In this document: piece after piece, positions 17,980-27,243 of the stretch
Numbering within the stretch: the first letter of the stretch is position 1
Layout of the letters: each line of letters opens with the position of its first letter
Assembly (NCBI GenBank): GCA_963827235.1
Contig: CAWHAE010000012.1
Location: forward strand, 1,024,001-1,088,000
Reading direction: 5' to 3'
Origin: an uncultured bacterium
GTDB lineage: Bacteria; Chloroflexota; UBA5177; JANWHV01
DNA: 64,000 bases
Made by a program: the position numbers and the translations under genes
Notes under the pieces: generated by a model
Told to the model about the DNA's origin: nothing
What the model saw: the letters and a program-made list of their open reading frames with translations, nothing else
Database searches by the model: none

Positions 17980-18528
17980 ATGAAAAGCTCCCTCAGAACG
18001 GTCAGCGCGGTGCTGGCAGGCGCCATTCTCGTCTCCGGCGCGCTCGTAGGCTATGCCGGGCTGGGCAGCGGCCGGGCTGCCACGATCGCCCGCGCCCCGG
18101 CCTGGGCCGCATACACGGCTGCCACGAAGACCGCCCACTTGACGCTCATATCGTCGTACGGCACGGATACGTACAACTTCAACGGCGGCAAAGCCGGTCA
18201 CTTCACCTTCACCGTTCCGCTGGGGGCCAAGGTGGTCGTGACCTACTCGAACCAGTCGGCCATGATGCTCCACGGCGCCGAGGTAGTGGCATGGACGGGC
18301 GCGCTTCCCACCGCCGTCGTGCCCCCACCGCCGGCGTTCGCCGGGGCGTTTTCGCCAAACTACCGCCACGGCACGCCAAAGGGCGTCACCCAGACCTTCA
18401 CGTTCACGGCCAATAAGGCGGGCAAGTACCTGCTGATCTGCCCAGTGCACAATCACGTGAAGTTCGGGCATTGGGGCTGGTTCGTCGTCTCCAAGACGGC
18501 AACCACGGCGACGGGTGTCCTGAACTGA
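17980..18528 (+). CDS. Secreted cupredoxin (sulfocyanin/rusticyanin-like)
   Basis: Signal peptide, YNFNG, VP.GAKV.VTYSN...H, FTANKAGKYLLICPVHNHVKFGH. Confidence 0.8.
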   Translation: MKSSLRTVSAVLAGAILVSGALVGYAGLGSGRAATIARAPAWAAYTAATKTAHLTLISSYGTDTYNFNGGKAGHFTFTVPLGAKVVVTYSNQSAMMLHGAEVVAWTGALPTAVVPPPPAFAGAFSPNYRHGTPKGVTQTFTFTANKAGKYLLICPVHNHVKFGHWGWFVVSKTATTATGVLN

Positions 18529-18766
18529 GTGGCATGAGCGAACGGCGGACACTGCACTCCCCGCCGCCCGCTCGCCGGAGCACTTGCGGCATTTCCGCAT
18601 ACGATGACAGCCTCGATCTAGTGGCGCAGTCCGGGCTGCTGCCGGCGGCATCGGCATCCCACACTGGGACGCCGATGCCGCCGACGAGCACATCCGCGCC
18701 GGCCGTCCAGCCAGCACCGTAGCGGCACCCAATCAGCGAGGGCTGGGATTGCGGGTCTGAAGCAAC

Positions 18767-20113
18767 ATGCGATTTCGATTGGATTCAGTGCGGTGGTCTC
18801 GGCATGGCGCCGTGGACGCCGACCACCGCATCGTGAGCGCCGTGGCGCGCCGCCTCGCACTCATCACCACGGCATCGCTCGTGGGTCTGGTGGTCGCCAT
18901 CCTGGCCGTGGTATTCGTGACCACCCGATCCGCGATGGAGCGGTCCCTGAGGGACACCCTTCGCTCTCGCGCCGGCGCCGACGTCAGGCTCCTGGTCGAC
19001 TCCGAGCAGCCGGGGAGGGTTGGCAACGATGGCGGCGATGCCGGTGAGGCCCTGCAGAACACGGCCGAGTCCGAACTGACCTCCGGCGGGGTGTTTCTGG
19101 TAGTCGCCAACTCGAAGCTCAGCGTGCAGGGTGGGAGCCTCAGCGTCTTCAAGGGACGGATTCCCGATCCGAGTACGGCGAAGATGGTCCTGGAGGACCG
19201 CGCGCAGACGTTTTCCACCATCGCTCCTCCGCAAAGCGATCGGTATCTCATCTATACAATCCCTCTTCAGGAAGGCACCAGGACCCTGGGCGTCGCCCAG
19301 CTGGGCGTGTCTCTCCGCCAGTACGACGCGAGCGTGAGCACCATCCTGCGCGATGTCTTGATCGCCAGCGCCGCGGGCGTGGCCGCCGCCGTGGTGATCA
19401 CGCTGATTGTCGTGCAGCGCGCAATGCTGCCTATCCGGCGCTCGCTCCGGCGGCAGCGGGACTTCGTGGCCGACGCCGCGCACGAGCTGCGCACGCCGGT
19501 GGCTATCATGCGTACTGCCGCCGAGCTTGGGCTCGAAAGTGATGATATGGCCGAGCTACAGTCGGCCCTGGAACAGGCCCTCGCCGAGAGCGTCCATCTC
19601 GCGCGCCTGGTCGACGACCTGTCCCTGCTTGCCCATGCAGACAGCGGCGTGCTCAGCCTCGAGCGCGAGCAGATGGATCTGGCCTCGATGGTCCGCGATG
19701 CCGTCTCAGGTGTAGAGCTGCTGGCGGCCTCGCGCGAGGTGCATCTGACCACCGAGGCGCCTCAGAGCGTGTCCGTACGCGGCGATCGGGTCCGGCTGCG
19801 CCAGCTCGTCCTCATTCTTCTCGACAACGCGCTGAAGCACACGCCGGATGGCGGCACGATCAGCGTGCGCGTGCGCACCCAGGGCAGCCGTGCGGTCCTA
19901 GAGATCCAGGACTCGGGTCCTGGCATCGATCCCAAGGACCTGCCCCACCTATTCGACCGTTTCTACCGCGGAGCCCGCGAGCGCGGAATCTCCGGGGGCG
20001 GACTGGGACTGGCCATTGGGCGTTGGGTCGCCGAGGCACATGGTGGGCAAATCGCGGCGGCAAATGCCAGCCCCCGGGGTGCCAGGTTCACGGTTGCCCT
20101 GCCGCGCGCATGA
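18767..20113 (+). CDS. Membrane sensor histidine kinase (OmpR-partner type), no adjacent response regulator
   Basis: Two TMs; H box FVADAAHELRTP; N box ILLDNALKH; DSGPGI; FDRFYR; GLGLAI. Confidence 0.95.
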   Translation: MRFRLDSVRWSRHGAVDADHRIVSAVARRLALITTASLVGLVVAILAVVFVTTRSAMERSLRDTLRSRAGADVRLLVDSEQPGRVGNDGGDAGEALQNTAESELTSGGVFLVVANSKLSVQGGSLSVFKGRIPDPSTAKMVLEDRAQTFSTIAPPQSDRYLIYTIPLQEGTRTLGVAQLGVSLRQYDASVSTILRDVLIASAAGVAAAVVITLIVVQRAMLPIRRSLRRQRDFVADAAHELRTPVAIMRTAAELGLESDDMAELQSALEQALAESVHLARLVDDLSLLAHADSGVLSLEREQMDLASMVRDAVSGVELLAASREVHLTTEAPQSVSVRGDRVRLRQLVLILLDNALKHTPDGGTISVRVRTQGSRAVLEIQDSGPGIDPKDLPHLFDRFYRGARERGISGGGLGLAIGRWVAEAHGGQIAAANASPRGARFTVALPRA

Positions 20114-20277
20114 TTCACCCGACCGCACTCCCGGCATGCTGGAGCTGATACATCCACGGCAGTACTTTTGTGTTCTTTGCGCGCACGCGTGCCGTTGATA
20201 GATTAGGCATGAGCTCGCTAGGCAAGGTTGAGCATCGGCTCATTCGGCGCCCGTCGTGCTGGAGGATTCCGGTGGTC

Positions 20278-20868
20278 ATGCTGCCCGATCAGAACAGGAA
20301 GTATGGCGCGTCGATGAGGTTGGTCGCCGCGCTGCCACTCGTCGTCGTACTGGCTGCAGGCATTACGCTCCTGATTCACTTCGCAGCACCCAGCCAGTCG
20401 AGCTCGGGATCGTCCGCGACCTCAGCTGTCTCGACGGTGACGGATAGCCCGTCGGGCCAAGCGCCGGAGGCGAGCGTCACCTACCCGGGTGCCGCGGACA
20501 TCACGATCCACGCGGGCACGGTTGCCAGCATGACCGCTTCGGATCCGCTCAGCGCGGGAATGGCGAGCCAGGTTTCCGCGGCTGCCAAACAGTATGCGTC
20601 GGCGCCGGTGACGAGCATCCGCTTCGGTACCACGGACGATCCATCCACCGTCCTCAGCTGGTACAACGGCTGGCTGGGTGGGCGGGGTTGGTGCGCGCCG
20701 TCGATCGCCAACACGAATCCCGACCTGCACGTCTACGTTCGCGCGCAGCGCGACGCCTACGCCCTGATCATCCTGTCTGTGCCGTCGCTCACCGGCGGCA
20801 GCGACGGATCCAGCGTCATCGCCTCATACCTTCAGCTGCCGGCGGCCGGCGCGTTCCCGGCGTGCTGA
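20278..20868 (+). CDS. Hypothetical membrane-anchored or secreted protein
   Basis: Hydrophobic N-terminus, Ser-rich linker, YPGA and TTDDPSTVLSWY; start uncertain (20278 or 20314). Confidence 0.6.
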   Translation: MLPDQNRKYGASMRLVAALPLVVVLAAGITLLIHFAAPSQSSSGSSATSAVSTVTDSPSGQAPEASVTYPGAADITIHAGTVASMTASDPLSAGMASQVSAAAKQYASAPVTSIRFGTTDDPSTVLSWYNGWLGGRGWCAPSIANTNPDLHVYVRAQRDAYALIILSVPSLTGGSDGSSVIASYLQLPAAGAFPAC

Positions 20869-21378
20869 CGTCGTTTTCTGCCTGTCTTGTGTGCCGTGCT
20901 AACGTCATTCTCCACGTCCCATCTGTGCACGCCCTGGATCCAGGAGGGCTATGCCTGGAGAGCGCTCGTGAAGCCGCCGAGCCTTAGGTCAGGCTATCTC
21001 CGTTGGCCCGCGCACCAGTCGCCGTGCTGCGAATGCCGCAGGATTGACTCGACCGGAACTCATGACGACCCGATGAGCCGCCCGCGTTCATTGCAGCGAT
21101 AGATCCATTCACCTTTTCCGCAGGCGCGGGGCTCCGCCCTGAAACCATCGCGGGCGCGGCAGCCGTCCCTTACCATCCTCATATATTGCGGTTGGAGATA
21201 TGCGCCACACCCGGCCGCAGCCGGCCCGTTCCTGCCATCCTGCGGCAGCTGGGGGCCCCGTGCCACCGGTCCCGTTCCCGTTCCCGGGAAGGCAATCCCC
21301 CAACCGCTGCCATCCGGCCTCAGTCGAAGGCCTCGTCCTCGCCGCGACGGGCGGCCAGGCCACCTGCCGGGCGCGCCG

Positions 21379-22464
21379 TCAGATCGCGTAGGCGTTGCCC
21401 TTCGAGTCCACCTTGACGCTCAGCGTGGCGAGCGGCTGTTGCGCGGGACCGTTGATCACAGCGGCGGCGCGGGTTGGATCGTAGGCGGCGCCATGACAGG
21501 GGCAGATGATCTGCTGCTGCGTGGGATCGTACTCCACCGTGCACCCGGCGTGCGTGCAGACGGCATCGTAGGCCACGAACTTGCCGCTGGCAAGGTGAAT
21601 GAGCAACGCCGGATCGCCGGACTGCGGATCGGTGTAGGATGCCGCGCTGTTCACCGCCAGTGACTTGACGCTGCCCAGCAACGTCTGGCCGGCTTGCGCG
21701 CTGCCTGTGCTCGCTGCGCTGGATGCCGAGGTGGCGGGAAGTGCGGCCGACGTGGCGGCAAGTGTGCTGCTGGGACTGAGGAGCTTGGCGATGGCGCCCA
21801 CCAGAGCCCCGCCCACCATGAGCCCGGCAGCGGCACCCAGTCCACGTATGGCGGCCTTCCGTGGCACCAAATCGATGGTCGACGGCGCGGGGATGAGCGA
21901 TCTGCGCCGTCCGCGTTGCTGCATCCGAGCCCGCTCACTCGCCTGCATGCGCGCCGCGTTGAAGAAGTAGTTATCGAGCGTCAGGGCGTCCGGGCCGGCG
22001 AGCGCCAACGTCAGCCAGCCAAAGGCGTACGGCAGGTCGGCGCCCAGGAAGTACGGATGGGTCGACCAGGTGGCCGTGAGGTAGAACGTGAGGCTGGTGG
22101 CAAGCCCGCCGAGAGCGCCGGCGCGGGTGAGCAGGCCGAAGAGCGCAGACAGTCCGACCCACACCTCGCAGAGGGCGATCAGGGCGCCGAATTCCTTGGC
22201 GTGAGGAATGGCGACGGCGGTGATCAGACCAGAGAGCGGCGAGCCCGCGCGTACGAAGCCACCCATCTGGTGCCCGATAAAGCCGGGGGCAGTGGCGCTG
22301 AAGAACTGCGGATCGGTGAGCTTCTGCAGACCGGCGTAGAGAAAGGTGGCGCCAATAAAGAGCCGCAACGGAAGTAACACCGCCGAAGGCAGCCTGCGTG
22401 GATCGCTTCTCACTCCGAGAAGGTCCGGCAACCGCTCGAAGACTTTGTCCGTATCAACCATCAT
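21379..22464 (-). CDS. DoxX/DoxD (TQO small subunit-like) membrane protein fused to a Rieske [2Fe-2S] domain
   Basis: LPLRLFIGATFLYAGLQKL and E..VGL..L.GLLTR DoxX motifs; C-terminal CTHAGC/CPCHGA. Confidence 0.9.
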   Translation of the reverse strand: MMVDTDKVFERLPDLLGVRSDPRRLPSAVLLPLRLFIGATFLYAGLQKLTDPQFFSATAPGFIGHQMGGFVRAGSPLSGLITAVAIPHAKEFGALIALCEVWVGLSALFGLLTRAGALGGLATSLTFYLTATWSTHPYFLGADLPYAFGWLTLALAGPDALTLDNYFFNAARMQASERARMQQRGRRRSLIPAPSTIDLVPRKAAIRGLGAAAGLMVGGALVGAIAKLLSPSSTLAATSAALPATSASSAASTGSAQAGQTLLGSVKSLAVNSAASYTDPQSGDPALLIHLASGKFVAYDAVCTHAGCTVEYDPTQQQIICPCHGAAYDPTRAAAVINGPAQQPLATLSVKVDSKGNAYAI

Positions 22465-22529
22465 CGTCCGTGCTTTCGTCACTTTCGGCCGCGCGCCAGG
22501 CATCAGCGGCCACCGTCATTCTGGTTCCC

Positions 22530-22562
22530 AGCTTAATCGACGGACATGATGAGGGAATGATG
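22530..22562 (-). promoter_or_regulatory. Direct-repeat box plus -10 for doxX-Rieske
   Basis: Minus strand CATCAT-N5-CATCAT-N10-TAAGCT. Confidence 0.65.
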
Positions 22563-22874
22563 AAACGCGGTGCCTGCATGCTGTTGGCTGCCGGTTGGTC
22601 GTGGCGGAGACGATGGCGGTGCTGCACCGCGCCTATGTCCCGTCTCAGGGCGTGCCGCTGCCCATGTCGAGCGCACCGGCACGCACAGTCAGGGGTGTGA
22701 CGAGCTGGCCGGCACCTCGCCAAACAGAGGAGGCACGGCCTCCGGCGCCCGTCGCTCCGTGAGCGCGAGGATGCATAGAGATAGAGGGAGTCGCCGCCGT
22801 ACCGTCGACGACAAAGAGGTGCGTAGGGCAGTTGTTGGGCACCGGTGCCGAACAATAGAGATCCGGTCGATCAA

Positions 22875-24269
22875 CTACTGCCGGTCGGTATCAGCCCCCG
22901 CGCCGCGCGTGCAAACCACCACTGTGGTCGTGTCACCTCGACCGGAGTGGCAGCGCGTATGCTGGGCATGGGCCTGCGCCGTGTGCGGCAGCAGAACCGT
23001 CATGCCCAGGAGCAGCGTGCCGAGCGCGGCAATCCTCGCCGAGCGCGCTTTCATGCTTCCGCCTGACGTTCGCAACCAGCGCAGCGCGTCACCAGCCAGC
23101 CGATACACGCCGGCGGACCATGCAGCCGGCCGCAGTGGCGCTGCGCTCCGCACTGCGGCAACTGCCACCCGCGAGCGTGCACTGGCGCGCCGGCATTGTA
23201 ACGCAAGGTCGAGTCCCCTGACCTGGCTCATGGCCAGAAATGCGCGAGCCTCGGGCCCCGAGAACCGGCGGTTCAGGCCGGCAAACCCACCGGCCAGCAC
23301 CCGTCCGCCTCCGATCGCCAATATGCCCAACAAGCTCAGCTTGGTCAACGGATCGAGCGCCCGCACGGTGAGGGCCGCGGCAAGACTCGTGGTCACCGGC
23401 ACGCCGGTGGCGTGTGACAGTAGCACGGCAACCGCACTCTCGCTGACGCCGATACCTTCGGGCACGAAGAATGCCAGCGAGCCCAGCCCCGAAGCCAGGG
23501 CGGCAGAGCCGATCACTGTGCCCAGGCCGACCGCCACGCCCGGGCTCATGCTGGAGAGCGCCACGTAGAGCGCACCCACGCCCATCACCCACGACGCGGC
23601 ACTCCATGGCACGATCGCGAGCAGGTGCCGGGCCGACAGCCTAGGCCCATCGCAATCCCGGCCGGGAACGCTGCCCAGCAACGCACGCGCCAGTCGGCTG
23701 CGCGACGCAGACGCCGAGGTGAGGGCTCTGAGCACGAACAGCATGACCGCCGCCAGGCCGAGCAATACCAGGGACACAGCCAGCGGCCCCTGCCCCCCTA
23801 TCACCGGCAGCGAATGGTCCACGCCCGTGCGGGCCAGGACGGGCAGTCCCAGCGGCGTCCAGACCAGGATGCCGCAAAAACCGAGCGCGTTGGCCATCAA
23901 CGTGAGCAGCGCCGCCCTGCCCGGCGAGACGCCGTGCTTTCGCAGGCTTGCCGCGGATCCGAGCGCGGGTCCAACCGAGTTCAGCACGTAGCCGCCAAGA
24001 CCGGCGCTGAGATAGGCCGCCAGCGCCGCGCGGAACGGCAGCGGATGCCCGAGGCGATGCAGCATCCGCCACCACTCCACGCCGCTCAGAATAGCCGCGG
24101 TGCTGCCCAACGCCACCACGGCGAGCAGGGTGGCGAGCCCTATGTGCGTCAGCGCTGCGAGCATGCTCGCCGCCTGCGTCTGCACGCCGCCGCGCGTCGC
24201 GACGGCCAGGACCGCTGCGGCCAGAACGATCCCCACCGCGAATGGCCACCTGCCCAGCTTGTCGTGCAT
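22875..24269 (-). CDS. Lysylphosphatidylglycerol synthase TM / flippase-like (UPF0104) membrane protein
   Basis: Multiple TMs, EWWRML and FFVPEGIGVSE (P.G.G..E motif); C-terminal extension uncertain. Confidence 0.75.
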   Translation of the reverse strand: MHDKLGRWPFAVGIVLAAAVLAVATRGGVQTQAASMLAALTHIGLATLLAVVALGSTAAILSGVEWWRMLHRLGHPLPFRAALAAYLSAGLGGYVLNSVGPALGSAASLRKHGVSPGRAALLTLMANALGFCGILVWTPLGLPVLARTGVDHSLPVIGGQGPLAVSLVLLGLAAVMLFVLRALTSASASRSRLARALLGSVPGRDCDGPRLSARHLLAIVPWSAASWVMGVGALYVALSSMSPGVAVGLGTVIGSAALASGLGSLAFFVPEGIGVSESAVAVLLSHATGVPVTTSLAAALTVRALDPLTKLSLLGILAIGGGRVLAGGFAGLNRRFSGPEARAFLAMSQVRGLDLALQCRRASARSRVAVAAVRSAAPLRPAAWSAGVYRLAGDALRWLRTSGGSMKARSARIAALGTLLLGMTVLLPHTAQAHAQHTRCHSGRGDTTTVVVCTRGAGADTDRQ

Positions 24270-24341
24270 CTCATCTCCCGGCAGCCCGATCCGCCCGCGG
24301 ATTGGCCCGCGAGGCGGTCACGCGTTCACCCTCACAGGAGC

Positions 24342-24386
24342 ATCGTGCACCGGCATGATGATCGACCGATGATGGGACGAATGATC
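24342..24386 (-). promoter_or_regulatory. Direct-repeat box plus weak -10 for the flippase-like gene
   Basis: Minus strand GATCAT-N6-CATCAT-N5-GATCAT-N10-CACGAT. Confidence 0.5.
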
Positions 24387-24693
24387 GTTGCGTGATCGTT
24401 CCCGGATGCCATCTCTCGCCCGACCGGGTTAACCGGGGCTGCACAAGCGTTGTGCACGACCTGAAGACCGTGCCTTGAGGCGGTCGCCTCCGGGAAAGCA
24501 AGGTCGATACGCCGAGACGCACGACCTGCCTGGTAGGCGAACGCCGGCCGGTGGCTCGGTCGGCGCCGGCGCCCTGGCCGGGCGCCAGAGCGAAACCCTG
24601 CCACGCACGGCAAGAGCTCGTCGTACACGGTAAAGTAGATGCAGCCGGAACACCGGCATCGGTAGAAGAGCTCTTCGAGAGGGTGAGCGGTAG

Positions 24694-25162
24694 ATGAATG
24701 TCCCGACGCTTCGCGCCGCCACGTGCCGCGATTGGCCGTGCATAGCGGCGTTGCTGGTGGAGTCGTCCTTGCCGCTCGCCGGTGCCGAAGAACACGCGGG
24801 CGACTTCACCGTGGTGGAAGAGAGCGGCGCGATCACTGCCTGCGCGGCTCTCGAGCGCTACGGCGATTCCGCGCTGCTGCGATTCTGTAGCCGTGGCTCC
24901 GCTCCAACGCGGCCGCGGGCTCGGCGCTCGCCTGGTGCGCGAGATGCTCGATCGAGCGGCGGCCGCCGGTTGCCGCCAGGTGGTATTACTTACCACCACC
25001 GCGGCCGCGTATTTCACACGGTTCGGCTTTCGCGTCATTGAGCGAGGCGATACGCCTGGGCCCGTGCAGGCATCCGTCGAGTTCTCCAGCGCCTGCCCCG
25101 TTTCCGCGGTCGTGATGTCCTGGAATGGGCGAGAGGCATCCGACCCCGGCATCGGAGGCTGA
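24694..25162 (+). CDS. GNAT N-acetyltransferase, ArsN2-like; frameshift at ~24883
   Basis: ALERYGDSALLR joins SVAVAPLQRGRGLG...LLTTTAAAYF.RFGF...SVEFSSACPVSA after removing one T. Confidence 0.8.
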
Positions 25163-25556
25163 CGCCCCGAGCACTGCCGCGGCAGCGCGTGCCATCACTG
25201 TCGGCCACGTCGCCAGGAAACCCAGCTCCGCTCCGACGGCTATTGCCGGCCCTGATCGTGGTCCTGCCGCACATGCGACCTCGTTCACCCCGGTCCCCGG
25301 CAATCGGCAACCCCTGCCCGCGCCATTACTAGCACCTCCGCATGGCGCTGCTCCTTCCTCCCGCGCTGGTCCTGGGCCCATACTTCGCCCGGTAGGGTGG
25401 GTGTGGGACGGGGCCGGGCCATGGGGACAAGGATAGTCTGGCCGGTTTCGGACCTTTGTCGCGGTCCCTGCCCCGAAGCGCTGACGGTGGCCGCACCGGC
25501 CCCGACTTCGCGTGCTATCATATCGCCGCCAAGATGAGCCTTACAGGAGGATTGAC

Positions 25557-27014
25557 ATGGTCGTATTGCATTCTCTCGCACGCGCGACAGCCGAAAGTCA
25601 AGGCATTCCATCGCGGGCCATTCAAGACTTCGTAGACGCAGTGGAGCAGGAGGAGCTGGGATTGCACAGCCTCATGCTGCTGCGGCATGGCCGTGTCGTC
25701 GCCGAAGGGTGGTGGGAGCCCTACGAGCAGCGATCGCCTCACATGCTGTTTTCGCTGAGCAAGAGCTTCACGTCGACCGCCGTCGGCCTGCTCGTGGCGG
25801 AGGGCAAGCTCACCGTCGATGACCTCGTGTTGCCGTTCTTTCCCGACGAGGCCCCGGCCCATCCGAGTGCGAATCTGCGCGCCATGCGCGTGCGGCATTT
25901 GCTGAGCATGAGCACCGGTCACGACACGGAGCCGGAGCGCGACCTGGGCCCGGGTAGTGCACCGGAGCAAGCGCCACCGGCAAGCTGGACGAGCAGGTTT
26001 CTGGCGCACCCGGTCGTCTACGGGCCAGGCACCCACTTCCTCTACAACACCGCCGCCACCCACGTGCTCTCCGCCGTCGTGCAGCGGATTACCGGCCAGC
26101 GCCTGCTGCACTACCTGCAGCCGCGCCTGTTCGGGCCGCTCGACATCGAGAATCCTACCTGGGAAGTGCTGCCGCCGGGCGTCGACGCAGGCGGTTTCGG
26201 ACTGAGCGTCACCACCGAGGACATCGCCCGCTTCGGCCAGCTCTACCTGCAGAAAGGCCTGTGGGAAGGCACGCGGGTCGTGCTCGAGGCCTGGGTGGAG
26301 GAAGCCACCAAGTCGCAGGTTCCGAACGCGCGCCCCGACACTCCGATCGATTGGTGCCAGGGATACGGCTACCAGTTCTGGCGGTGCCGGCACGGAGCCT
26401 ACCGCGGTGATGGCGCGTTCGGACAGTACTGCCTGGTCATGCCTGCGCAGGATGCCGTGCTGGCGATCACGGCGGGCACGCCTGACATGCAGCTAGTGCT
26501 CGACCGTGTGTGGCAGCACCTGTTGCCTGCCATGGAGCCGGCAAGCCTGCCGGAGGATAGGGCGGCGCGGGATGCGCTCGCCGAACGACTCTCGGGCCTG
26601 CGCTTACCGGCACAGGCGGGCCAGCGCACCGCGGAGATCGCGGCGTCGATCTCAGGCAAGCTGTTTGCTCTACAGGAGAACGAAGCCCGCTTGGAAACCG
26701 TTTCACTCGAGCTCAGCGGCGACGGAGCGGTGCTCGTGGCACGCAACCAATCCGGCGAGCAGCGCATTCCCTGTGGCTACGGCACGTGGGTGCGAGGAGT
26801 ATCCTGCTTGTTTGGCCCCGAACCCGAGAAGACGGCGGCGACTGGAGCGTGGACGGACGGGCGCACCTTCACGGTCCAGACGTACCTGAGCGAGACGCCG
26901 TTTCTGCACACCATCACATTCCGATTCGAAGACGGGCAACTGCAGGTGCGGCAACACGTGAACGTGTCGTTCGGGGTGAAGGAATCACTGGATCTCACCG
27001 GTCACAGCAGCTAG
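25557..27014 (+). CDS. Serine hydrolase, beta-lactamase/AmpC-like family
   Basis: SLSK (SxxK), FLYN, YGYQFW and GDGAFGQ; AGGAGG RBS. Confidence 0.9.
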   Translation: MVVLHSLARATAESQGIPSRAIQDFVDAVEQEELGLHSLMLLRHGRVVAEGWWEPYEQRSPHMLFSLSKSFTSTAVGLLVAEGKLTVDDLVLPFFPDEAPAHPSANLRAMRVRHLLSMSTGHDTEPERDLGPGSAPEQAPPASWTSRFLAHPVVYGPGTHFLYNTAATHVLSAVVQRITGQRLLHYLQPRLFGPLDIENPTWEVLPPGVDAGGFGLSVTTEDIARFGQLYLQKGLWEGTRVVLEAWVEEATKSQVPNARPDTPIDWCQGYGYQFWRCRHGAYRGDGAFGQYCLVMPAQDAVLAITAGTPDMQLVLDRVWQHLLPAMEPASLPEDRAARDALAERLSGLRLPAQAGQRTAEIAASISGKLFALQENEARLETVSLELSGDGAVLVARNQSGEQRIPCGYGTWVRGVSCLFGPEPEKTAATGAWTDGRTFTVQTYLSETPFLHTITFRFEDGQLQVRQHVNVSFGVKESLDLTGHSS

Positions 27015-27243
27015 TCGACATAACTCGGATAGCGGGATCCCCGGCTGGCGAATCCTGTCCCACGGGCTGAGTGTCACGAGGCTATGCAATCGGGCCATGC
27101 CAAGGCGCGGGCGGAGTAGCCTCGTCTTTGTACCAGCTGAGCGAAATCGCTCACGCCCAAGCTCTCTGTTGTCTGAAGTGACCATATGTCACATAATTGT
27201 TGGGGCTGCTCTCGTGCGCGTTCGCGGTTTTCGAGGTCGGTGC

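Noticed and set aside
21200-21391. 63-aa Pro-rich ORF after a TACCAT/TATATT segment
   Set aside because: The SD is too close to the ATG, the composition is not protein-like, and it overlaps the end of doxX-Rieske.
25557-27014. Antibiotic-resistance beta-lactamase
   Set aside because: No signal peptide; it is a generic cytoplasmic serine hydrolase of the beta-lactamase fold.
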